This document shows, in pieces, positions 1 to 8,243 of a stretch of 64,000 nucleotides of DNA. The stretch is from an uncultured bacterium (GTDB taxonomy: Bacteria; Omnitrophota; Omnitrophia; Omnitrophales; Abzuiibacteriaceae). Position 1 is the stretch's first letter. Each line of letters opens with the position of its first letter. The notes under the pieces were generated by a model that was given only the letters and a program-made list of their open reading frames with translations, did no database searches and was not told where the DNA came from. Made by a program: the position numbers and the translations under genes. The DNA lies in NCBI GenBank assembly GCA_964387845.1, contig CAYLXA010000002.1, forward strand, positions 32,001 to 96,000. Direction: 5' to 3'.

Positions 1-575
1 AGAAGCGCCATCGCGCCGCACCAAAACGTAATCCAAAAAGCCCTGCCGCCTAAATGACCTGCGTCAATTTGGATCAGCAGCCAAACAGCCATAACGCCGA
101 ACAGAAAAGCGGAGTGGTCATACCAAGGATGCGGAAACCACCAATAAAATCCCACAACGCTCAAAAGAGTGGCGATCAACGTGAGTATCAAAGGCATCCT
201 GCGCTGCGCTATGAAAAAAGTTGCCGCAGCTACGAGCGAGCTGACAGTGATTAAGTGAGTTAAAATCGCAGATTTTCCGAAACCAAGTAAAAAAAAGAAA
301 AAGGCATTCATGTAAAGATGAATTGGGCCCGTTGTGTAGATAAAATCAATATAAGGTTTTTGGCCCTTGTAGATTCTCCAGCTGGCGTCTAGAAATGCGC
401 CATGATCGACCAAATTAAAACCTCGAAATGCAAAATACGCCAGAACGAAAGCGTTGCCCAGAAGGATGAAAGCGAGAATTAGCTTGGCCCTGTTAAGCCG
501 CGTCGGGTCGTTTTTGGGGGAACCGGCAAGAAAATCAATCGTTTCTGTCAGTTTATTTGCTAAAATATTTATCAA
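1..575 (-). CDS. partial polytopic GT-C-type (ArnT/PMT-like) membrane glycosyltransferase; N-terminal ~190 aa in window, rest runs off the left edge
   Basis: Manual reverse-strand translation gives an uninterrupted frame from ~575 to position 1. The product is hydrophobic (…LILAFILLGNAFVLAYFAF…). A first loop (LVDHGAFLDASWRIYKGQKPYIDFIYTTGP) resembles the acidic first periplasmic loop of ArnT/PMT enzymes. The only in-frame start after an upstream TAA is TTG at ~573-575. It is not in the ORF track because it is incomplete. Confidence 0.45.
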   Translation of the reverse strand, partial: MINILANKLTETIDFLAGSPKNDPTRLNRAKLILAFILLGNAFVLAYFAFRGFNLVDHGAFLDASWRIYKGQKPYIDFIYTTGPIHLYMNAFFFFLLGFGKSAILTHLITVSSLVAAATFFIAQRRMPLILTLIATLLSVVGFYWWFPHPWYDHSAFLFGVMAVWLLIQIDAGHLGGRAFWITFWCGAMAL

Positions 576-690
576 TTTTGGCCGTTACTTTCTAAAGGTT
601 TTTAGTTTCAAATATCACAAATAGTGTATCGACATTTACAGCTAAAAGATTACCTGATTCTATGATAGTATTTTATACAATCGTCCATTT

Positions 691-1395
691 ATGAAAATCA
701 CCCTCCTGATTATGACCTGGAACGAAATCGATGGAATGCGTGTGATCATGCCTCAGATCAAGAAAGAGTGGTATGACCAGCTCATCGTGGTTGATGGCGG
801 GTCGACGGACGGAACAATTGAATACGCAAAAGAATGTGGTTACGAAGTATATGTACAGAAACAAAAAGGGTTTCGGCACGCGTATACGGAAGTGATGCCT
901 TATGTTAAAGGTGATGTCATTGTTACTTTTAGCCCGGACGGTAATTCAATTGCCGAGCTGATTCCGGAGCTTAATAAAAAAATGCGCGAAGGCTACGATA
1001 TGGTCATCGTTTCGCGGTATTTGGGGAAAGCAAAAAGCAAGGATGATGATTTGGTGACGGGATTTGGCAATCGGTTATTTACAGGAACCGTAAATTTGCT
1101 TCATGGCGGGCATTATACGGATGCCATGGTGATCTTTCGCGCTTACCGGAAACAGATCGTTTACGATTTAGATTTAGACAAAGAAGAAAGCTATTCGTTT
1201 CCGGAAAAATTATTCAACACCAAAATCAGCTGGGAGCCGCTTTTGTCTGTTCGCGCTGCGAAGCGTAAATTAAAGGTCTCAGAAATTCCGGGCGACGAGC
1301 CGCCGCGAATCGGCGGCGAGAGAAAACTACAAGTACTTAAGTGGGGCGCGGCCTACTATTACCAATTCATCAGCGAAGTGTTTTGTTGGCGTTAA
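691..1395 (+). CDS. family-2 glycosyltransferase (Dpm1-like, soluble)
   Basis: 234-aa ORF. N-terminal GT2 signature (LLIMTWNE…LIVVDGGSTDGT). The size and motif fit a polyprenyl-phosphate sugar synthase-type GT2. Confidence 0.75.
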   Translation: MKITLLIMTWNEIDGMRVIMPQIKKEWYDQLIVVDGGSTDGTIEYAKECGYEVYVQKQKGFRHAYTEVMPYVKGDVIVTFSPDGNSIAELIPELNKKMREGYDMVIVSRYLGKAKSKDDDLVTGFGNRLFTGTVNLLHGGHYTDAMVIFRAYRKQIVYDLDLDKEESYSFPEKLFNTKISWEPLLSVRAAKRKLKVSEIPGDEPPRIGGERKLQVLKWGAAYYYQFISEVFCWR

Positions 1396-1419
1396 ATTAA
1401 CATTGAAGAAAGGAAAAGA

Positions 1420-2355
1420 ATGGCAAAAATCTTGGTAACCGGAGGAGCAGGGTATATCGGATCTGTTTTAGTGCCTACGCTTCTCAAAGAAAAGCATGAA
1501 GTAACCGTGCTTGATAATCTCATGTACCAGCAATCCTCGCTGTTGGATGTTTGTTACGATTCTAATCTCACGGTAGTGCGCGGAGATGCCCGCGATGAAA
1601 AACTGATCGCAGGTCTGGTCAAAACCGTCGATTATATTTTCCCGCTCGCATGTTTGACGGGAGCGCCCCTTTGCGACAAAGATCCTTTCGCGGCCAAAGA
1701 AGTGAACTTAGATGCTATTTTGTTAATTTTAAAACACCGCAGTAAGAATCAGCGCGTAATCTATCCGACGACCAACAGCGGCTACGGAATCGGCCAAAAA
1801 GGAATCCATTGCGATGAAAAAACGCCGCTCAATCCGATTTCGCTCTATGGCAAATTAAAAGTTGAGGCTGAAAAGGCGATTTTGGATTCCGGAAATGCGG
1901 TTACCTTTCGTCTCGCAACGGCGTTCGGCATCAGTCCGCGGATGCGGCTTGATTTGTTGGTGAACGATTTTGTCTACCGAGCGATTAATGACCGTGCTGT
2001 GATTCTTTTTGAAAGTCATTTCAAGCGTAACTATGTCCACGTTCGCGATATTTCGCGAGCATTTGTGCATGCGGTGAATCATTTCGATAAAATGAAAAAC
2101 GAACCGTACAATGTCGGTTTAAGCGACTGCAATTTAAGCAAAAAAGAATTGTGCGATGAAATCAAAAAGCAGGTTCCCAAATTTTATTATGTTGAGTCGG
2201 CAATTGGCGAAGACCCGGATAAACGCGATTACATCGTGAGCAACGAAAAAATCGAGAAAACAGGGTTCAAAACCGAGCATCCGTTGACGGTTGGGATACG
2301 AGAGCTGATCAAGGGGTATCAAGTTATCAAACGGAGTCAATACGGAAACGTTTAA
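1420..2355 (+). CDS. NAD-dependent sugar epimerase/dehydratase (extended SDR)
   Basis: TGGAGYIGS Rossmann motif at the N-terminus. YGKLK matches the YxxxK catalytic motif. Confidence 0.8.
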   Translation: MAKILVTGGAGYIGSVLVPTLLKEKHEVTVLDNLMYQQSSLLDVCYDSNLTVVRGDARDEKLIAGLVKTVDYIFPLACLTGAPLCDKDPFAAKEVNLDAILLILKHRSKNQRVIYPTTNSGYGIGQKGIHCDEKTPLNPISLYGKLKVEAEKAILDSGNAVTFRLATAFGISPRMRLDLLVNDFVYRAINDRAVILFESHFKRNYVHVRDISRAFVHAVNHFDKMKNEPYNVGLSDCNLSKKELCDEIKKQVPKFYYVESAIGEDPDKRDYIVSNEKIEKTGFKTEHPLTVGIRELIKGYQVIKRSQYGNV

Positions 2356-3348
2356 ATGGCGAAATCAACTTCACCAAAAAATAAAGAAATTCTAATCTCG
2401 CTTTATAAAGCGATGCTGAAAATCCGCCGTGCGGAGGAAAAAGTGGCGGAACTTTATCCGTCCGACAAAATCCAAAGCCCGATTCATCTATGCATCGGAC
2501 AGGAGGCTATTTCAGCGGGCGTTTGCCTTGCCATGAAACAGTCAGATCATCTTTATGGAACTTATCGCGGCCACGGTGTTTATTTGGCAAAGGGCGGCAG
2601 CATGAAACAAATGTTTGCCGAGTTGTATGCGAAAGACACGGGTTGTGCGGGCGGTCGCGGCGGCTCCATGCATTTGATTGCGCCCGAAGTTGGCTTGATG
2701 GGATGTTCAGCGATTGTGGCCAGTACGATTCCGCTGGCGGTGGGCGATGCGCTTGCCACAAAGATGCGGAAGAAAAATGATGTAACCGTGACTTTTTTTG
2801 GCGACGGTGCTATCGGCGAAGGCGTTTTCTTTGAAAGTTTGAATTTCGCGGCGTTGAAAAAGCTGCCCGTGGTCTTTGTCTGTGAAAATAACAATTACGC
2901 GGTTCATTCGCGCGTCTCAGACCGCCATAAACAAACCGATCTTTATAAGTACGCGCAGCCTTTCGGAGTTCCGTCTAAACGTTTAGATGGCAATGATGCC
3001 TTGTTAGTTTATGAATCAATGTCGGATGCGATTGCAAAAGCACGGAAGGGCAGCGGTCCTATCTTTATTGAATATATGACCTACCGCATTTATGAACATG
3101 TGGGCCCGTCCAAGGATCATAAAGAGGTGTACCGCGAGACAAAAAAGTTAAAAAATGCCGAAAAAAACGATCCTGTCATTCGATTGGGAAAAGAGCTGCG
3201 TCAAAAATACAAGATTCCTGAATCTGTATTTGCTGAATGGGAATCTGAATTACAGAAAGAGGTCGAGAGCGCGGTCCAGTTCGCAGAAAAAAGTCCGGAG
3301 CCCCCAGCTAGCCGTTTGTACGAGCACATCTATTTGGAGAGATCATGA
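2356..3348 (+). CDS. thiamine-diphosphate-dependent dehydrogenase E1 component, alpha subunit (PDH/acetoin-DH E1alpha-like)
   Basis: YRGHG…GGRGGSMH…FFGDGA…ENNNYA motifs typical of E1 alpha subunits. Start abuts the previous stop. Confidence 0.8.
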   Translation: MAKSTSPKNKEILISLYKAMLKIRRAEEKVAELYPSDKIQSPIHLCIGQEAISAGVCLAMKQSDHLYGTYRGHGVYLAKGGSMKQMFAELYAKDTGCAGGRGGSMHLIAPEVGLMGCSAIVASTIPLAVGDALATKMRKKNDVTVTFFGDGAIGEGVFFESLNFAALKKLPVVFVCENNNYAVHSRVSDRHKQTDLYKYAQPFGVPSKRLDGNDALLVYESMSDAIAKARKGSGPIFIEYMTYRIYEHVGPSKDHKEVYRETKKLKNAEKNDPVIRLGKELRQKYKIPESVFAEWESELQKEVESAVQFAEKSPEPPASRLYEHIYLERS

Positions 3349-4376
3349 GCATTATCAGCTACGGCGAAGCCAATAAACAGGCGCTGACACTGGCGATGGA
3401 ACGCGACCCGAGCGTTTTCTTGATGGGAATCGGTGTAGATGACCACAAGGCCATTTTCGGTAGCGTGCGCGGCATGGTCGAACAGTTCGGCAAAGAGCGT
3501 ATTTTTGATACGCCGATTGCGGAGAGCGGGATGACGGGAATCGCGATTGGCGCCGCGCTAAACGGTATGCGGCCTGTCCATATTCATATCCGCGCCGACT
3601 TTTTATATTTGGCGATGGACCAGCTTTTTAATATTGCAGCGAAGTGGCATGCGATGTTTGGCGGAAAAATGAGCGTTCCGATTGTGATTCGCGCCGTGAT
3701 CGGCCGCAGCTGGGGGCAGGGTGCGCAGCATTCCCAAAGCCCTCAGGCCATGATTGCCCACGTTCCGGGTATTAAATTAGTAATGCCGACCACAGCGTAT
3801 GACGTGAAGGGCTTGCTGCTCAAAGCAATTACCGATCCAAATCCGGTGGTGATGATTGAACATCGCCTGCTTTACGACATTAAAGGAGAGGTGCCGGATG
3901 GTTATTATGAAATTCCATTCGGAAAGGGTGTTGTAAGACGAACCGGAAAGGATGTTACGATTGTCGCAACTTCCTATATGGTTGTTGAGGCATTGAAAGC
4001 TGCCGAATTTTTAACGAATCAGGGAATTGAGGTCGAGATCATTGACCCGCTTACACTGGTTCCGCTGGATGAAGAATTGATTCTGCGATCAGTTCAAAAA
4101 ACCGGCAGAATGCTGGTTGCGGATACCGGCTGGACCAATTGTGGCGTGAGCGCTGAAATTTCCGCGCGTGTTGCAGATCTCGGTTTTTCGTCACTCAAAG
4201 GCCCGATTCGCCGGCTCGGCATGGCGCCCACTGCTTGTCCGGTCAGCAAAGCCCTTGAAAACGCCTTTTATCCAAACGCTAAAACGATTGTCCAGCAAGT
4301 TTGCGAAATGTTGGGCGAGGCGGTTCCAAATGTAGAAGTCCCGCTTTTGGAAAGCAAATTCAAAGGGCCGTTTTAA
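3345..4376 (+). CDS. E1 component beta subunit (transketolase-like)
   Basis: 343-aa ORF. Overlaps the alpha gene by 4 nt, suggesting translational coupling. Transketolase-like Pyr and C-terminal domains characteristic of E1 beta. Confidence 0.8.
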   Translation: MSIISYGEANKQALTLAMERDPSVFLMGIGVDDHKAIFGSVRGMVEQFGKERIFDTPIAESGMTGIAIGAALNGMRPVHIHIRADFLYLAMDQLFNIAAKWHAMFGGKMSVPIVIRAVIGRSWGQGAQHSQSPQAMIAHVPGIKLVMPTTAYDVKGLLLKAITDPNPVVMIEHRLLYDIKGEVPDGYYEIPFGKGVVRRTGKDVTIVATSYMVVEALKAAEFLTNQGIEVEIIDPLTLVPLDEELILRSVQKTGRMLVADTGWTNCGVSAEISARVADLGFSSLKGPIRRLGMAPTACPVSKALENAFYPNAKTIVQQVCEMLGEAVPNVEVPLLESKFKGPF

Positions 4377-5560
4377 TGATTAAATATCATTTAGCTAAAG
4401 ACACAATTGATGAAAAAGATATTCAGGCACTGATTGAGTGGCTTAAATCCTACCCACGGCTCACGAAAGCAAATCTCACGCTTCAATTTGAAGAGCGGTG
4501 GAGCAAATGGCTTGGAAAGAAATATTCAACCTTCTGCAATTCCGGCTCATCCGCAAATTTGTTGATGTATTACGCGCTGCTAAGTTCCAAAAAGCTTAAA
4601 AATAAAAAAGTCGTCGTACCGACTGTTGGATGGGTGACCACCATTGCGCCTGCCATTCAATTCGGCTTTGAGCCGATCATGTGTGAAGCTGATCCCGACA
4701 CTTTTGGCCTTGATTTGGGTCATCTGGAAAAACTTCTCAAGAAGCACAATCCCGGCACGGTAGTGTTGGTACAGGTGCTCGGCGTTCCTCATAAAATGGA
4801 CGAAATTTTGGCGCTTAAGAAAAAATACGACTTCTATTTGTTGGAAGATGCCTGCGCTTCAATCGGTTCCACATATCACGGTAAAAAAATTGGGCAGTTC
4901 GGTGATATGGCAAGCTTTTCGTTCTATTTTGGACATCAAATGTCAACCATCGAAGGCGGTATGGTATCGACGGACAATAAAGAGTTTCAGGATTTATTAT
5001 TGATGCTTCGAAGCCATGGCTGGAGCAAGGATTTAGACGCAAAGACTCATGATGCGCTCGTTGAGCAATATAAAATTGATGACTTTCATACGCCCTTTGT
5101 TTTTTATGAGCCGGGGTTCAATTTGCGCTCAACCGACCTCAACGCATTTCTGGGGCTTCGGCAATTGGACAAGCTCGATTGGATGATTTCGCGGCGTGAT
5201 GAAAATCATAAGCTCTATTATAAACTCTTGGCAAATCAGTTTTACGCTCAGAAATATGCGGATCCAAAAGCAAATGTTTCAAGTATCTCATTTGGTGCTT
5301 TGGCCGCTGATCCGGAAGAGCGGCGCAAGGTCGTGAAGGCTTTGGTGCAGAACGGGATTGAAACCCGGATTTTTTCGGCAGGAAATCTAGGTTTGCATCC
5401 GTTTTGGTATAACCGATACGGAAAAGCGAGCTTTCCGGTTGCCGATAAAGTACACCATTGCGGATTTTTCCTTCCAAATCATCCGTCGCTTGCGACGAAA
5501 GATGTTGAATTTGTGGCGCAGGTAACCTTGGATGCGGTATGCACGGGAAAATCCTCGTAA
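4376..5560 (+). CDS. DegT/ColD/E1-family PMP-dependent sugar 3-dehydratase, with His replacing the catalytic Lys
   Basis: DegT-fold ORF. The ATG at 4376 overlaps the upstream TAA (TAATG); the track's longer start at 4301 is unlikely. The conserved SFYFGHQMSTIEGG segment has His where aminotransferases carry the Schiff-base Lys. The 394-aa size matches ColD-type dehydratases. Confidence 0.65.
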   Translation: MIKYHLAKDTIDEKDIQALIEWLKSYPRLTKANLTLQFEERWSKWLGKKYSTFCNSGSSANLLMYYALLSSKKLKNKKVVVPTVGWVTTIAPAIQFGFEPIMCEADPDTFGLDLGHLEKLLKKHNPGTVVLVQVLGVPHKMDEILALKKKYDFYLLEDACASIGSTYHGKKIGQFGDMASFSFYFGHQMSTIEGGMVSTDNKEFQDLLLMLRSHGWSKDLDAKTHDALVEQYKIDDFHTPFVFYEPGFNLRSTDLNAFLGLRQLDKLDWMISRRDENHKLYYKLLANQFYAQKYADPKANVSSISFGALAADPEERRKVVKALVQNGIETRIFSAGNLGLHPFWYNRYGKASFPVADKVHHCGFFLPNHPSLATKDVEFVAQVTLDAVCTGKSS

Positions 5561-6468
5561 CCGGCGGCACAGGTCTTTTGGGATCAGCGCTTCAAAAGCA
5601 GTGTCCGGATGCGGTTTATGTTGGAAGTAAAGATTATGACTTGAGACGGTTTGATGAGGCTGAGAGGATGTTTGGCGAAATAAAACCAACCCGCGTGATT
5701 CATCTTGCGGCCAATGTGGGTGGGGTGAAGAAAAACGCGGAGCAAAATGCCACACTTTTCTCGGACAATGTTTTAATCAACACCAATGTGATTGAGGCTG
5801 CAATTCAAGGCGGTGTTAAGCGGTTGATTTCAATTTTATCCAGCTGTTGTTTTAAAATTTATCCGGACAAGCCGTCAACAGAGAGCGATTTGCATGAAGG
5901 TGCGCCGTTTGCCGGCAATTTGGGCTATGGTTATGCAAAGCGAATGCTGGACATCCATAGCCGCTTAGCGTGGGAGCAGCATCGGCTGCAGTTTTCATCG
6001 ATCACTCCAGCGACAATGTATGGGCTTAACGATAACTGGGATCTAGAAAGCGGACATGTGGTGGCTGCGTTAATCCGCCGGACGTTTATAGCGAAAGAAA
6101 GGGGCGAGCCGTTGACTGTTTGGGGAAGTGGAAATGCTGTCCGCCAATTTGTCTTAGCAGATGATGTCGCGAGGCTGCTTTTAGAGGAGATTGATACGTT
6201 TGATGGCCCCGACAATATGATCGTAGCACCGGATTCGGGTGTCTCGATACGCGATTTAACAAGCATGATCGCGGAGCTGATGAATTTTAAAGGAGAAATT
6301 ATTTTTGACCAGTCGAAACCGGAGGGACAATTAAAGAGAGTGTTGATCAGTGAGAAATTTAAAAAGCGGTATCCCGAATTTAGCTTTACACCGCTTCGCA
6401 GCGGCTTAAAAATGACCATTGATTGGTTTCTCAAAAACTATAAAACAGCAAGGGTTTTGAAGGTGTGA
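5539..6468 (+). CDS. GDP-L-fucose synthase-like 3,5-epimerase/4-reductase (SDR)
   Basis: LVTGGTGLLGSAL Rossmann motif. SSCCFKIYP and GYGYAK motifs parallel Fcl SSCIYP / YAIAK. Confidence 0.7.
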   Translation: MHGKILVTGGTGLLGSALQKQCPDAVYVGSKDYDLRRFDEAERMFGEIKPTRVIHLAANVGGVKKNAEQNATLFSDNVLINTNVIEAAIQGGVKRLISILSSCCFKIYPDKPSTESDLHEGAPFAGNLGYGYAKRMLDIHSRLAWEQHRLQFSSITPATMYGLNDNWDLESGHVVAALIRRTFIAKERGEPLTVWGSGNAVRQFVLADDVARLLLEEIDTFDGPDNMIVAPDSGVSIRDLTSMIAELMNFKGEIIFDQSKPEGQLKRVLISEKFKKRYPEFSFTPLRSGLKMTIDWFLKNYKTARVLKV

Positions 6469-6469
6469 C

Positions 6470-7516
6470 ATGATTATTAGCCGAACCCCTTTTCGTGTTT
6501 CTTTTTTAGGCGGCGGAACCGATTACCCCGGTTGGTACCGTGAGCATGGCGGAGCCGTGTTGGCGACAACCATTGATAAGTACTGCTATATTACTTGCCG
6601 CTATCTACCCCCATTTTTTGAGCATAAAAGCCGCATCATGTATTCCAAAATCGAGTGCGTTCAGTCCAATAAAGACATCGAACATCCCTCTGTGCGGGAA
6701 ACTTTGAAATATATGAATATCCAAGAGGGGATTGAGATTCATCACGACGGCGATTTGCCTGCCCGCGCCGGTTTGGGATCAAGCTCTGCTTTTACAGTGG
6801 GATTATTGAACGCGCTTTATGGCCTTAAGCGTAAAATGTCGTCTAAAGAAGATTTGGCAAAGGAAGCGATTCATGTGGAAAGAGATCTCCTGAGCGAGAA
6901 TGTGGGATCTCAAGATCAGGTACAGTCGTCGTTTGGCGGTTTGAATCACATTGAATTCCTCAAAAACGGACAATTTAACGTTTTTCCGATTGTTTTGAAG
7001 CATGAGCGCCTTCAAAGTTTTCAAGATCATCTTTTGCTGTATTTTACGGGTTTCTCGCGTTTTGCTTCAGACATTGCAAAAGAGCAAATTGATTCGATTG
7101 CGAAAAAACAAAATGAGCTTAAAGCGATGGGGCAAATGGTTGGTGAAGGCCTCAAGATTCTTACGGGTGACGCAAGCTTGTTGGAATTTGGAAAATTGCT
7201 GCATGAAAGCTGGACATTGAAGCGGAATTTGACTAACCGGATTTCAACACCTGCCATTGATCAAATTTATGAAGAAGCGCGGAGGGCAGGCGCCGTGGGC
7301 GGAAAGCTGCTCGGGGCCGGCGGGGGCGGTTTCGTTCTTTTGCTGGTTGAGCCCGGTAAACAGCAAAAAGTAAAGGATGTGCTGCAAAAATTATTGCTGG
7401 TCCCGTTTCAATTCGAAAACACGGGAACGCAGGTTGTTTTTTACCGCCCTCCCAAGGAAAGTACCGAAATGAGTTGGTTTAAGTTCCAAAAGGAGCGGGA
7501 AGCTTCGCAAAAGTGA
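6470..7516 (+). CDS. GHMP-family sugar kinase, D-glycero-D-manno-heptose 7-phosphate kinase (HddA)-like
   Basis: N-terminus PFRVSFLGGGTDYP plus GHMP ATP-binding motif GLGSSSA. The C-terminal GGKLLGAGGGGF segment is HddA/fucokinase-like. Confidence 0.7.
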   Translation: MIISRTPFRVSFLGGGTDYPGWYREHGGAVLATTIDKYCYITCRYLPPFFEHKSRIMYSKIECVQSNKDIEHPSVRETLKYMNIQEGIEIHHDGDLPARAGLGSSSAFTVGLLNALYGLKRKMSSKEDLAKEAIHVERDLLSENVGSQDQVQSSFGGLNHIEFLKNGQFNVFPIVLKHERLQSFQDHLLLYFTGFSRFASDIAKEQIDSIAKKQNELKAMGQMVGEGLKILTGDASLLEFGKLLHESWTLKRNLTNRISTPAIDQIYEEARRAGAVGGKLLGAGGGGFVLLLVEPGKQQKVKDVLQKLLLVPFQFENTGTQVVFYRPPKESTEMSWFKFQKEREASQK

Positions 7517-8238
7517 ACAAACGCCTGACCGATCCAGCACACATTGACGTGTTAATTATTTGCGGAGGGCTGGGGACGCGCCTCCGTTCTGTCGAGCCCG
7601 ATGCGCCCAAAGGCATGGTTGTTATTGAAGGAAAACCGTTTCTTGAAATTCTGATTGATCATTTGCGTCATTCCGGTTTTCGGCGTTTTATTCTCTGCAC
7701 CGGTTACGGCGCCAAACGTTTTCGGCAGCATTTTGAAGCGGCCAAACAGTCAGAAATTATATTTTCCGAAGAAGTAAAGCCGCTGGGCACGGCCGGAGCT
7801 GTCAAGCAAGCCGAAAAACTCATAAGCAGCGATCAGCAGTTGGTGTTAAATGGCGATTCTTTGTGCTTGGCGGATTGGCAGGAGCTATTACGCTTTCATG
7901 CATCGCATCAGGGGTTGGCAACGCTTTTGGTAACTCAGGACCGAGAGCGAACGGATGTGGGCGGAATCAAGTTTGATCACAACTTCGGCGTAACGCAATT
8001 TAAAGAAAAGGAAAAAGAATCGACCCCATATATTAATGCGGGTATTTATATTTTTGAGCGCCGGTTATTGGAATTGATTCCGAAAAATCAAAAAATTTCT
8101 TTGGAGGAACAAATTTTTCCAAAGCTGAACGAAACCCAACTGTTTGCTTGCGTATCATTAGCAACTGTGTATGATATTGGAACGCCCGAACGTTTAGAGA
8201 AATTTAAACAACTTTATTCTGCAGGAAAATTCAATTAA
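7513..8238 (+). CDS. sugar-phosphate nucleotidyltransferase, heptose-1-P guanylyltransferase (HddC)-like
   Basis: GTG start. LIICGGLGTRLRS…PK motif of NDP-sugar pyrophosphorylases. Overlaps the kinase by 4 nt. Confidence 0.7.
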   Translation: MNKRLTDPAHIDVLIICGGLGTRLRSVEPDAPKGMVVIEGKPFLEILIDHLRHSGFRRFILCTGYGAKRFRQHFEAAKQSEIIFSEEVKPLGTAGAVKQAEKLISSDQQLVLNGDSLCLADWQELLRFHASHQGLATLLVTQDRERTDVGGIKFDHNFGVTQFKEKEKESTPYINAGIYIFERRLLELIPKNQKISLEEQIFPKLNETQLFACVSLATVYDIGTPERLEKFKQLYSAGKFN

Positions 8239-8243
8239 ACGAT

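Noticed and set aside
54-254. 66-aa + strand ORF at the left end
   Set aside because: It lies antisense to a much longer uninterrupted minus-strand frame that encodes a GT-C-like membrane protein. It has no motif and is low in complexity.
4301-4375. Longer N-terminal extension of the 3-dehydratase ORF (track start 4301)
   Set aside because: The extension lies wholly inside the E1-beta coding region. ATG 4376 overlaps the beta-subunit stop (TAATG), the usual coupling arrangement, and gives a DegT-like N-terminus.
2356-4376. Interpretation as the housekeeping pyruvate dehydrogenase complex
   Set aside because: No E2 (lipoyl acyltransferase) or E3 genes follow. The pair is translationally fused into a sugar-pathway operon instead.
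5931-6434. 167-aa minus-strand ORF inside the Fcl-like gene, and similar long antisense ORFs at 24512-25015, 27822-28394 and 49468-50061
   Set aside because: They are shadow ORFs opposite strongly supported genes. The encoded peptides are Ser/Arg-rich and low in complexity, with no recognisable domains.
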